Positions 14,368 to 22,563 are shown, counted from the first letter of the stretch. The stretch is DNA of 52,720 nt from an uncultured Eubacteriales bacterium (GCA_934725345.1 CAKVBG010000001.1:1-52720), one strand, 5' to 3'. Notes: a model not told the origin generated them from the sequence alone. Made by a program: numbers and translations.

Positions 14368-17091
14368 TTACCTCGCCATCAAACTACTGTTATATTTCAC
14401 AACTCTACTCAAATACCTTTTCTTATTAAATTCAAGTGCGCCCTGTTCTTTTAAAATATCAATAACTCTACTTGTTACTGCTCTACCTTTACAACGATCG
14501 TAAAAATCATCATAACTTTTAAATGCACCTTTCTTTCTTTCTGCTTCTATTGCTTCTGCCGCTTTGTCTCCTACGCCCTTTATAGTGCTTATTCCTTGCT
14601 GTATTACATTTTCACCATCATATGTTCTAAGACTTGTCTCCACTGTATAATTTACATGCGGTAACATTACCACAACACCCTCTTTCACAGCACATTCACT
14701 GTATTTGTATATATTTGCATCATTCTGTGCATACTTTATTTTTGTATACCAAAACTCTGTCGGGTAATATACCTTATAAAACATCTGGTCTATAGGAATA
14801 AGGGCATAGGCTGTACTGTGACCTTTATTAAAGCCATAGATTAACATACTCGCCCATAAGCTATCAGTTTCCTCTTTATTCATTCCCTCTTTTTTACAGC
14901 CACTATAAAAATCTTTCTTCATTTGTGTAATTATCGGCTTGTATTCTTCTTTGTGCAAGTTTTCTACTTTCTTCATAATCTTCAACATATCAAAAGACTG
15001 TTGCGGTGTAAGGTGTCCAACTTTCTGTGCTACTTCTACCGTTTGCTCTTGATATAACATTGTGCCATATGTTTCTTTTGTATATTTGTAATACGGTGTA
15101 CTTGTATCAACATTTCCACCCATTTTGTTTTTTGCAAACTGTTCATGCATTTTTAACTGTAAAGGGGCAGGACGATTGAGAGCATTTACCGCAATTATAT
15201 CCTCTACACAATCTGCATGGATTGTTTCAAGAATCTTTTTTGGTGTGCTTTTTTCAAACTGAAAAATTCCTTCTGTTTTCCCTTCTCTGAAATATTCCAA
15301 TACCTTTGTATCACTTTCCTCTTCCTCTGTTACTTTGTGCTTTGTAAGCTGTTCTAACTCTTTTAATTCACCCATAGTATTGAGTCCTAACATATCAAAT
15401 TTTGTACAGTTAATATGTTCTAAATCATCTTTGTCAAAACAACTACTTAATGCCCCTGTTTTTCTATCACGCATTATAATACAAGTATAATCACTTATAT
15501 CTGTTCCAACAACTGCAACGCCTGCGGCATGTTTACCGAGATACCTTACTTTACCATACATTTTACAAAAATGTTTTATAATGTTGTCGTGTTCTTCATT
15601 ATATTCTTCTACTTGCTTTCCAGAGCTTTGTAATTCTTCTAAATCAAGTTCCCCATCATGCTCGAATGTTTTTATGTAACTCTTAATTTCTGCAATCTTC
15701 TTTTTGTTTTCTTCTGCTTCATAATAATCAACTTCTTTTGTTGTTTTTAAACCACATACACTTGCAAGGTCATTTACAAGGTTGTCAACTCCATATAAAC
15801 CATAAGAACAAATCTGAACCGCCCTATTCGGATATTTATTTACTACATAGTCAATAACTTCTTGTCTACGTGGTGTCTCAAAGTCTGTGTCAATATCAGG
15901 GAGAGCTTTCTTTTCTTTACGCATAAAACGACTAAAATCAAGCTTGTATTTGATACTGTCTACATCTGTTATACCTATCGCATATGCTACCAAACAATTA
16001 CAAGCTGAACCTCTTCCTTTTCCTACTGCAATGCCTTGTTCTTTCGCCCAATTTATGTAATCACGAACGATTAAGAAGTAATCAGCAAAACCATGGTAGT
16101 TAATAACGTCCAATTCATATTTGCATCTTTCTATATATTTTTTGTTATATTTTCCTTTTTCTTTAAGTCCTTCTTTTACAAGGTGCAGTAGTTCTTTTTT
16201 CCCATCTTCTGTTTTTGGTAATTCCAATTGCAAACCATCTAAAATGTTATCTTCTACTTTATTGTATATTTCTTTCATATTATCCACAAACATTTCTGCC
16301 ACTTGCATACTGTTTTTAAATTTCTTTTTATACATTACTGCAAAACGTTCTGTTATTTCATTCTCTGTTGGCATATAACGTTCACTGTACGTATTCTTTA
16401 CGTCAAGTGTTGTTTTACCAATTTCATGCATTTTACAATACGTGTCGAAATCTTCTTTTCTTCCAAAATGGCTATCGCTTGTTAGGATGCATTTTATTTT
16501 CCGTTCCATTGCTAAATGCATCAATGTGTAGTCAACTTTCTGTTGTGTATGTTTATTATCTATCTTGTAAGGCTGTATTTCAGCATATAAGTCATTTTTA
16601 AAAATAGCCTTAAATTTATCCAATAACTTTCCTGCCGTTTCTTTATTGCCGTTTAAAATGGCTTGTGAAGTGGCTGACACTATACACGCTGTTGTACACA
16701 TTAAACCCTCATGGTATTTTTCTAATAACTTAAAATCCACTATAGGTTTGTAATAGAATTGTTCTGTATTTGCTACTGTCATTATGTGACATAAGTTCTT
16801 GTATCCTTGCAGATTTTTTACAAACAAATTCAAATGATAGTACCTTTTGCTTTGTTCTGTTTTTTTGTTCCAACTTGGTAGGAAATATACTTCACATCCT
16901 AACACTGGCTTTATTCCCACTTCATTACAAGCTTGATAATGTTTTACAAGTCCACTTATTGTTCCATGGTCGCTTATTCCTAAAGCTTTATATCCCATTT
17001 CTTTTGCATATACAGCCAAATCTTTTGACTTTCCAAAACCATCAAACAAGCTATACTCTGTATGCCTATGCAAATCAAAGAAATTTCCCAT
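14368..17091 (-). CDS. dnaE: DNA polymerase III alpha subunit (DnaE-type, compact 907 aa)
   Basis: ATG at 17091 (MGNFFDLHRHTEYSLFDG... = PHP domain); the GTG at 17127 lies at the promoter TSS. Also LGISDHG, a palm/fingers region, and a C-terminal HhH GVGDKAAEAIEAERKKGAFKSYDDF. No OB or tau-binding tail. Confidence 0.85.
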   Translation of the reverse strand: MGNFFDLHRHTEYSLFDGFGKSKDLAVYAKEMGYKALGISDHGTISGLVKHYQACNEVGIKPVLGCEVYFLPSWNKKTEQSKRYYHLNLFVKNLQGYKNLCHIMTVANTEQFYYKPIVDFKLLEKYHEGLMCTTACIVSATSQAILNGNKETAGKLLDKFKAIFKNDLYAEIQPYKIDNKHTQQKVDYTLMHLAMERKIKCILTSDSHFGRKEDFDTYCKMHEIGKTTLDVKNTYSERYMPTENEITERFAVMYKKKFKNSMQVAEMFVDNMKEIYNKVEDNILDGLQLELPKTEDGKKELLHLVKEGLKEKGKYNKKYIERCKYELDVINYHGFADYFLIVRDYINWAKEQGIAVGKGRGSACNCLVAYAIGITDVDSIKYKLDFSRFMRKEKKALPDIDTDFETPRRQEVIDYVVNKYPNRAVQICSYGLYGVDNLVNDLASVCGLKTTKEVDYYEAEENKKKIAEIKSYIKTFEHDGELDLEELQSSGKQVEEYNEEHDNIIKHFCKMYGKVRYLGKHAAGVAVVGTDISDYTCIIMRDRKTGALSSCFDKDDLEHINCTKFDMLGLNTMGELKELEQLTKHKVTEEEESDTKVLEYFREGKTEGIFQFEKSTPKKILETIHADCVEDIIAVNALNRPAPLQLKMHEQFAKNKMGGNVDTSTPYYKYTKETYGTMLYQEQTVEVAQKVGHLTPQQSFDMLKIMKKVENLHKEEYKPIITQMKKDFYSGCKKEGMNKEETDSLWASMLIYGFNKGHSTAYALIPIDQMFYKVYYPTEFWYTKIKYAQNDANIYKYSECAVKEGVVVMLPHVNYTVETSLRTYDGENVIQQGISTIKGVGDKAAEAIEAERKKGAFKSYDDFYDRCKGRAVTSRVIDILKEQGALEFNKKRYLSRVVKYNSSLMAR

Positions 17092-17131
17092 ATTCAATTT
17101 TCCTTTCCTTTTGTTTTCTATTTTCACTTAT

Positions 17132-17160
17132 ATTATAACAAAAGGCTTGAACTATGTCAA
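17132..17160 (-). promoter_or_regulatory. sigma-A/sigma-70-type promoter for dnaE, embedded in a terminator hairpin
   Basis: TTGACA(17160-17155)-tagttcaagccttttgt-TATAAT(17137-17132). Confidence 0.75.
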
Positions 17161-17163
17161 GCC
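17138..17163 (-). terminator. intrinsic terminator whose stem-loop contains the -35 of the dnaE promoter
   Basis: Minus RNA: GGCUUGA-cauagu-UCAAGCC followed by UUUUGU. Confidence 0.6.
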
Positions 17164-17174
17164 TAAGTTGTTCT

Positions 17175-17396
17175 TTATTTTACTTCTTTCTTTTCATTGC
17201 TTCTTTTATTTTCCAACTTATCAAGCCGAATAAGAATCTTGTCAAGTTCCATGTGTACCCTATCTACATTATTATACATATTACAACTAACAGAATCAAT
17301 ACTGTTTTGCATTGAGCATTTTTCATATGCTTCTCTTGCTCCCTGTTTCTTTGCTTTCTTAATCTGTCTTTCAAATTCTTTTCTTGTAATAAACAT
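17175..17396 (-). CDS. hypothetical coiled-coil small protein (73 aa)
   Basis: ATG at 17396 with a GGGAGGAG SD. Confidence 0.6.
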   Translation of the reverse strand: MFITRKEFERQIKKAKKQGAREAYEKCSMQNSIDSVSCNMYNNVDRVHMELDKILIRLDKLENKRSNEKKEVK

Positions 17397-17400
17397 TTAT

Positions 17401-18216
17401 TTACTCCTCCCAATCGTCATTCTCTTCTTCGTCCCATTCATCTGATTCACTTTCTTCTTCGTCTGCTTCTTCTAAGAGGTCAATATAATATTCTTTTGAT
17501 TTCTTTGGTTTGCAATCAATGTCACGCTCTTTGCAGAGTTTAAAGAGTTCCTGTGGTTTCATGCTCTCATAATCTGTTGTTTCTTCCTCTTCTTCCCATT
17601 CATCCTCTTCTGGTTCTGGCTCTGGCTCTTTTTTAGACTTTGGTTTTGCTTTTGTTTTATTCTTTTTAGGCTTTTCGTCCTCTTCTTCAAAATCTTCATT
17701 GTTATCAGACGGATATGCTTTATCAATTGCTTTCATAATTGCACTATCAGACATTGGCTTTGCTTTAATACGGAATTTAAGAGGATTTTCACCTACTACT
17801 GTAAATGATTTATTTGTTCCCTTTCCACTTTGTATAATGGTATAATCTCTATCTAACAGTGTTCCATTGTTTTCATACAATACTGCAAGTGTAGGAACTG
17901 GACTACAATTGTTGGCGGCAAACATAAGTAATTTAACTTCTTTACTTTCATAGTCGTATACACTCCATACATATAACTTTCTTGTTTTAATTCCATCAAT
18001 ATCACAATATGGACAATCCCTTCCGAACTGTTCTTGACATGGAACATTTATTCCATCCTCAAAACTGTTATGGAACTCCACTTCAATACCATCTTCAAAG
18101 TCTGTTAAAAATCTGATACGTGCTTTTGTTCCCTCTTTAAAAAACATGAATTTTCCTTTACTACTTCCACTCTTTGCAATTTCACTTTTAATTGCACTTA
18201 ATGTAATTTTTCCCAT
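17401..18216 (-). CDS. gp32-like zinc-containing ssDNA-binding protein with an HeH motif and an acidic DDWEE tail
   Basis: ATG at 18216 (the track start at 18261 is TTG). ARIRFL, CQEQFGRDCPYC and YVWSVYD parallel the T4 gp32 IRFLP / CPVC / YWANILV arrangement. The C-terminus carries KPQELFKLCKERDIDCKPKK and SDEWDEEENDDWEE. Confidence 0.55.
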   Translation of the reverse strand: MGKITLSAIKSEIAKSGSSKGKFMFFKEGTKARIRFLTDFEDGIEVEFHNSFEDGINVPCQEQFGRDCPYCDIDGIKTRKLYVWSVYDYESKEVKLLMFAANNCSPVPTLAVLYENNGTLLDRDYTIIQSGKGTNKSFTVVGENPLKFRIKAKPMSDSAIMKAIDKAYPSDNNEDFEEEDEKPKKNKTKAKPKSKKEPEPEPEEDEWEEEEETTDYESMKPQELFKLCKERDIDCKPKKSKEYYIDLLEEADEEESESDEWDEEENDDWEE

Positions 18217-18235
18217 TTCTTTCTGTTCCTTTCTG

Positions 18236-18619
18236 TTAATGTTTTGAAAAGTTAGATTCAAATTTGTTTATACATATACCGCTAAAATCTTCGATATTCA
18301 GAACATAGCCACCAAACTCAATCCATCCGTGTCTGCCTGTTTTGTATACTTCTTTCACAACTTTCATAATATTATCAATTGTTTCCATAACATCTTTCTT
18401 TGATTCTACTGTAATAATTTTTAAAAGTTCTTTGTCAAATTTGTCTTTATTTTCTGTTCTTTCAAATCCAACTTTTTCAGTGTACATTTCTACAAGTTCT
18501 TTATACTTTTCACTATCTTCATCATACTCCTGTTTTATACATTTGTCAAGATTAAATTCTTTTCCTGTATTCTTTTGTATCAGTGACATTCCTATCACGA
18601 TTTCTACTGCTAACTTCAT
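18236..18619 (-). CDS. hypothetical protein (127 aa)
   Basis: ATG at 18619 with a GAGGAAA SD. Overlaps the primase 3' end by 68 nt. Confidence 0.5.
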   Translation of the reverse strand: MKLAVEIVIGMSLIQKNTGKEFNLDKCIKQEYDEDSEKYKELVEMYTEKVGFERTENKDKFDKELLKIITVESKKDVMETIDNIMKVVKEVYKTGRHGWIEFGGYVLNIEDFSGICINKFESNFSKH

Positions 18620-19559
18620 ACATTTTCCTCGTTTCTCTTATACACTTTTTTATTTGTTTTTCATCCATTTCACCGCAATCTTTTATGTTTTCTGGATATT
18701 GAAATCTTATTACCTTAAAAAACTTTTCTAAGTATTTTGTTCCTTTTATTCCACATTCATCATTGTCTAATGCACTTATTACAGTTGTTATACCTTTATC
18801 TTTTAGTTTCTTTGTCTGTTCATCAGATATGTGCCAACCGAGGATTGCAACAACATTTTTTATATGTCCTCTCGTTCTAATTGCTAAGTAGTCCATAAAC
18901 CCTTCACAAATGTATACAACGCTGTTTTCAGAATAGTTTCCACATAATGTTTCACGTTTTCTAAATCCATCATTGTATAGATATTTTCTCTTTTGTTCTA
19001 CTTGCTTATTCATTGTCCTGCCAACCCAACCTTTAAATTCTCCATTATCTAAGATGGGAAACAATACTGGGTAACTTAGACTATAACTTGCCTTACAATG
19101 CCCTATATTAAGTGCTCTGGCGTTAAAACCACGTTTAGCCATATATTCTGTCACTTGCTTTTCTTCTGCCGTTTTAGGTGTATTCCAGTCTGTTTCGTGC
19201 AATCCGTAATAATATGCATATGCTTCTCTTACTGATGTTTTACTACGTTTCTTTCTTCTGTTTCGTGCTTTCACTTGTATGTTTTTTACTTCATTGCTTC
19301 TTACTATTTTTTCAAGTAATACACAACACTGTAAATCATTTAACTTTGGATTTGCAAGTTTTACAAAATCATATGCATTTCCTTGTACACCACAACCAAA
19401 ACAGTAAAAACTTCCTTCTGCTAAATTTACAACCATGCTTGGGTTTGCATCATCATGAAATGGACAAACAATCTTTATTTGTATACTTTCTGTTTCGTAT
19501 ATTAAACCATAATAGATTAAAACTCTTGCTAAATCATTACCATTATACTTCCTCTGCAT
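18552..19559 (-). CDS. dnaG: DnaG-type DNA primase (zinc finger + TOPRIM, no helicase domain)
   Basis: CHC2 finger CPFHDDANPSMVVNLAEGSFYCFGCGVQGNAYDFV. TOPRIM: ICEGFMDYLA and SALDNDECGIKG. Confidence 0.8.
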   Translation of the reverse strand: MQRKYNGNDLARVLIYYGLIYETESIQIKIVCPFHDDANPSMVVNLAEGSFYCFGCGVQGNAYDFVKLANPKLNDLQCCVLLEKIVRSNEVKNIQVKARNRRKKRSKTSVREAYAYYYGLHETDWNTPKTAEEKQVTEYMAKRGFNARALNIGHCKASYSLSYPVLFPILDNGEFKGWVGRTMNKQVEQKRKYLYNDGFRKRETLCGNYSENSVVYICEGFMDYLAIRTRGHIKNVVAILGWHISDEQTKKLKDKGITTVISALDNDECGIKGTKYLEKFFKVIRFQYPENIKDCGEMDEKQIKKCIRETRKMYEVSSRNRDRNVTDTKEYRKRI

Positions 19560-20067
19560 CCTGTTTCATTTCCGTTATTTTTATATATGGTTCTCCTAAC
19601 TGCAATTCATAACAACCCTTTATATCTTTTGCTTTAATCTCTCCGAGTTCACTAAGGTTATTTAATTTATCATTGTCAACTTCTTCTTCCACATCAATAA
19701 ATTTTTTAAACTTCTTAGCATCTACTCCACACTTCTTTAGATATTCAATCAACCCTTGCATATCATTTATAGTGTATGTTTTGTTTATGAATTGTTTTGT
19801 TAGGCTTTTAGGGATTCTTTGTTTTAACTTTTCAATATCCCATAAAATCTTTTTTGTTCTTACTTTTGTTACTTTTATGCTTTTATCTCCAACACCGATA
19901 TCAAAAGTATTTACATTGTCTTTTAAATTACTAAACATGAAATTAGAAATTGCGAGTTGTTCTTTCTTTCTTGTTTCGTTGTAATACTTGTCAAATTCTT
20001 TCTTTTGCTGTTGGAGATTATAAAGAACTTTTACACTCTTACTTATTTCCTTCATGTTCACTTTCAT
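19543..20067 (-). CDS. hypothetical protein (174 aa; N-terminal coiled coil)
   Basis: The first ATG is at 20067 (the track start at 20076 is TTG). Faint architectural similarity to Mu Gam / Gp157-type proteins only. Confidence 0.45.
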   Translation of the reverse strand: MKVNMKEISKSVKVLYNLQQQKKEFDKYYNETRKKEQLAISNFMFSNLKDNVNTFDIGVGDKSIKVTKVRTKKILWDIEKLKQRIPKSLTKQFINKTYTINDMQGLIEYLKKCGVDAKKFKKFIDVEEEVDNDKLNNLSELGEIKAKDIKGCYELQLGEPYIKITEMKQDAEEV

Positions 20068-20755
20068 ACTTTTCAATCACAGCCTTTCTGCCGTATTCTG
20101 TTCTCTGCTTTTTAAGATATTTGTTAATGTCCATTGGATAGAACCCATCTACTTCTCTAATGAAAAGTAATTCTTCAAAAGGTAATTCAAATGTATTACC
20201 GAAAAAACTTTCTGCTCTTACAAGTCTTTTCTTTCTATTAACAGCTGTGACTTTCGCTGTCCTAAGTTTTCTATATACGTTTCCGTCCTTTGCTTCTACA
20301 TAATGAATAAACACCACAAACGAACCAACTTTTAATGCATTTTCAAAAACACTTTCGTGCTTTGGCTTTGAATATTTATCAATGATTTCATCCAATGTTT
20401 TTGCGAACGGTATTGGATAAAGTCTGTTTTCTTCATGCTGTACAACTTTCTTTTCTTTTGGTTTCTCAATTTCTTTATGTTCTTGTAATACTGGTGCATC
20501 CCATTTTTCTTCTTCTGTTTTTGTTTTGTTTGCAAGTTCTTCAAAGTTCTTTACTGCTTCATCAATATTATCTGGTCTTGCACTTTCTTCAAGTTTTTTA
20601 TCAATATCCGCTTTATCATCTTCATACCACATAAGCCTATCAATAAGTTCTGTTTTATTGAATTTATGTCCTTTACTTTCAAGCGGCATTTTTCTTTCCC
20701 TGCATAACTGTTTTAATTCTGCTACCTTCATTGTTTCTAAATCTGTTCTGTTCAT
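20039..20755 (-). CDS. HeH/SAP-motif protein (238 aa)
   Basis: ATG at 20755 with an AAGGAG SD. N-terminus: MKVAELKQLCRERKMPLESKGHKFNKTELIDRLM. Confidence 0.6.
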   Translation of the reverse strand: MNRTDLETMKVAELKQLCRERKMPLESKGHKFNKTELIDRLMWYEDDKADIDKKLEESARPDNIDEAVKNFEELANKTKTEEEKWDAPVLQEHKEIEKPKEKKVVQHEENRLYPIPFAKTLDEIIDKYSKPKHESVFENALKVGSFVVFIHYVEAKDGNVYRKLRTAKVTAVNRKKRLVRAESFFGNTFELPFEELLFIREVDGFYPMDINKYLKKQRTEYGRKAVIEKYESEHEGNK

Positions 20756-20786
20756 GTTTTGTTCTCCTTACTTTTGTTTTTTCTTT

Positions 20787-20815
20787 ATTATAACATTTAT
20801 ATTTTTGTTTGTCAA
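20787..20815 (-). promoter_or_regulatory. sigma-A/sigma-70-type promoter
   Basis: TTGACA(20815-20810)-aacaaaaatataaatgt-TATAAT(20792-20787). Confidence 0.8.
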
Positions 20816-20826
20816 GTAGTTAAATC

Positions 20827-20928
20827 CTACCAATTTAAAAATTTTAAAATATATCCCATAATTGTAATACTTACAATCGGCAACCAAATCGGTGCTGTTC
20901 CTAATAACATATTTTTTAATTTATTCAT
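20827..20928 (-). CDS. small hydrophobic peptide (33 aa)
   Basis: Below the track cutoff. ATG at 20928 with an AGGAGAA SD. Translation: MNKLKNMLLGTAPIWLPIVSITIMGYILKFLNW. Confidence 0.5.
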   Translation of the reverse strand: MNKLKNMLLGTAPIWLPIVSITIMGYILKFLNW

Positions 20929-20939
20929 GTTTTGTTCTC

Positions 20940-21146
20940 CTATCTATGTAAACTTGTTTTCTGCATATTTAAGAATCTGTAAGACATATTATTTACTTCA
21001 TTTGTCTTTTGTTCTTCATTTAGAAAACCGAAGTCTTTCATGGCTGTTAAATAACCATAACAGTTTGCCATTGCTTCACTGTACGTCATTAAACTTCTTT
21101 TTACTGCTACCATTTGTGTAGCTTCAAATTCTTTATATTTCTGCAT
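20940..21146 (-). CDS. hypothetical small protein (68 aa)
   Basis: ATG at 21146. First gene after promoter 21180-21208. Confidence 0.55.
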   Translation of the reverse strand: MQKYKEFEATQMVAVKRSLMTYSEAMANCYGYLTAMKDFGFLNEEQKTNEVNNMSYRFLNMQKTSLHR

Positions 21147-21179
21147 CCTTTTGTTTTCCTTTCTTTTTGTTCTGTAATT

Positions 21180-21208
21180 ATAATAACATATAACTTTCCG
21201 TCTGTCAA
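21180..21208 (-). promoter_or_regulatory. sigma-A/sigma-70-type promoter
   Basis: TTGACA(21208-21203)-gacggaaagttatatgt-TATTAT(21185-21180). Confidence 0.65.
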
Positions 21209-21218
21209 CTATTATTTT

Positions 21219-21401
21219 TTAAAAATGTATAACGCATTCTCCATGTTTCTCAAAATATTCTTTTTCCATTTTTGTTAATTCTGACGGGTACTTGTTATTA
21301 TATCCAAATTGATTTCCTCTACGATATACTCTGTACATTATTTTTTGTTTTCCATTCTTATACTTGTACAAATGTTTTTCGATTTTTATTATTTCATTCA
21401 T
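21219..21401 (-). CDS. hypothetical small protein (60 aa)
   Basis: ATG at 21401 with an AGGGGTG SD. The track extension to 21467 has no SD. Confidence 0.5.
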   Translation of the reverse strand: MNEIIKIEKHLYKYKNGKQKIMYRVYRRGNQFGYNNKYPSELTKMEKEYFEKHGECVIHF

Positions 21402-21488
21402 TTTGCTTACACCCCTATTTGTATACTCTTTCAGATAAAATATAATGATTTGATTTGCATACTCCAAACATTTTTAGAATCTGACCGT

Positions 21489-21647
21489 TTAACCAATCTC
21501 TCTCTGCGTTCTTGTAATGATTTCCGCTCTGTACATTCTTCTAGTCATACCTCTTAATGCACTTTTTGTAACAATCGCACTATCTGGATTGTTTCTGATT
21601 GTTGCAATAATTACTTTCCCAAATTCGTAAGTTTCTTTTGTTGTCAT
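21489..21647 (-). CDS. hypothetical small protein (52-54 aa)
   Basis: Below the track cutoff. GGAGG SD, then ATG at 21653/21647. Translation: M(NM)TTKETYEFGKVIIATIRNNPDSAIVTKSALRGMTRRMYRAEIITRTQREIG. Confidence 0.5.
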   Translation of the reverse strand: MTTKETYEFGKVIIATIRNNPDSAIVTKSALRGMTRRMYRAEIITRTQREIG

Positions 21648-21700
21648 ATTCATTTCCTCCAACCTTTTGTTTTATTTTGTTTTCCTTACCTTGTAACTAT

Positions 21701-21730
21701 ATTATATATCACAAGGGGTTGTTTTGTCAA
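21701..21730 (-). promoter_or_regulatory. sigma-A/sigma-70-type promoter with its -35 inside a hairpin
   Basis: TTGACA(21730-21725)-N18-TATAAT(21706-21701). Confidence 0.7.
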
Positions 21731-21735
21731 CCCCT
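21714..21735 (-). terminator. GC-rich hairpin after the J-domain gene (weak terminator; no U-tract on the minus strand)
   Basis: Minus RNA: AGGGGUUG-acaaaa-CAACCCCU (8 bp). The loop and 5' arm spell TTGACA. Confidence 0.45.
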
Positions 21736-21747
21736 TTTTAATATTTT

Positions 21748-22218
21748 TTATGCGATACAAACTCTGCTAACTGATTCTTTTATAATCTGTGAACCATATT
21801 TTGTTCTAATGTCTGCCATTGTTGTTTTACCATAGCTTCTTGTTACTTCTTCTGGATTATGCCAATACCACATCTTTTTCTTACTCGCCCATTTAAAACC
21901 ATTTGCTTTGAGTTCTGTTTTGCATCCGTATGTATTACCGGATACCCAAATCCATGAACCACAGATTTCTATATCAACATTCAGATTGATAATACTGTTA
22001 ATAACATTTCTTAACATTTCATCTTCTGCCATGTTATATTTTCTTTTGTTTTCTGATGTATCACTGTTTTTAAGGACTTTAAAAAGTTCCTCATATTCAA
22101 CATTGATGATTTTAATTGCTTCATCCGAACCACCGTTATCTGGATGATTTTCTTTTACAAGTCTTTTGTATTCTTTTCTTAACTGCTCCAATGTTTCAAT
22201 GTTTTTAAAATATTTCAT
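21748..22218 (-). CDS. J-domain (DnaJ-like) co-chaperone protein
   Basis: LEQLRKEYKRLVKENHPDNGGSDEAIKIINVEYEELFKVL contains the HPD tripeptide in a J-domain helix II/III context. C-terminus: GSWIWVSGNTY..LKANGFKW. Confidence 0.85.
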   Translation of the reverse strand: MKYFKNIETLEQLRKEYKRLVKENHPDNGGSDEAIKIINVEYEELFKVLKNSDTSENKRKYNMAEDEMLRNVINSIINLNVDIEICGSWIWVSGNTYGCKTELKANGFKWASKKKMWYWHNPEEVTRSYGKTTMADIRTKYGSQIIKESVSRVCIA

Positions 22219-22264
22219 AACTTTTTGTCCTCCAAAACTTTTGTATTACCTTGTTTCTGATTAT

Positions 22265-22292
22265 ATTATAACACATTCAGAATAAATGTAAA
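22265..22292 (-). promoter_or_regulatory. sigma-A-type promoter with an extended -10
   Basis: TTTACA(22292-22287)-N16-TATAAT(22270-22265), preceded by TGt. Confidence 0.65.
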
Positions 22293-22300
22293 CCCATATT

Positions 22301-22480
22301 TTATTTATTTTTATAAATTTTTCTAAGTTTATCAAGAACTCCATTTTTCTTTTCAGCATTCACTCTATTATCATTTTTAAGACTTGTATAAATAAAAACA
22401 ATTTCATCTTTTGTGTAAAGGTCTGAATAATTTACACAACTTTCTGCAACTTTTAATGAACTAAATCTTTTTTCTAACAT
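22301..22480 (-). CDS. hypothetical small protein (59 aa)
   Basis: ATG at 22480 (the track start at 22492 is TTG). First gene of the early region. Confidence 0.5.
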   Translation of the reverse strand: MLEKRFSSLKVAESCVNYSDLYTKDEIVFIYTSLKNDNRVNAEKKNGVLDKLRKIYKNK

Positions 22481-22535
22481 ATTCTGTACCAACCTTTCTG
22501 CTTAACAACTTTCTGTATTCCCTTAACTTAATTAT

Positions 22536-22563
22536 ATTATAACACACTATAATAAAAAGTCAA
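22536..22563 (-). promoter_or_regulatory. sigma-A-type promoter with an extended -10 (first early promoter)
   Basis: TTGACT(22563-22558)-N16-TATAAT(22541-22536), preceded by TGt. Confidence 0.7.

Noticed and set aside
17092-17127. N-terminal extensions of track ORFs (for example dnaE to 17127, terL to 49535, SSB to 18261, 7167, 20076, 22492, 23415, 25274, 34396, 39210, 50871, 52320)
   Set aside because: Reading the complement shows these start codons are GTG or TTG. They lack SD sequences and intrude into promoters or upstream genes. In-frame ATG codons with AGGAG-type SDs follow shortly after.
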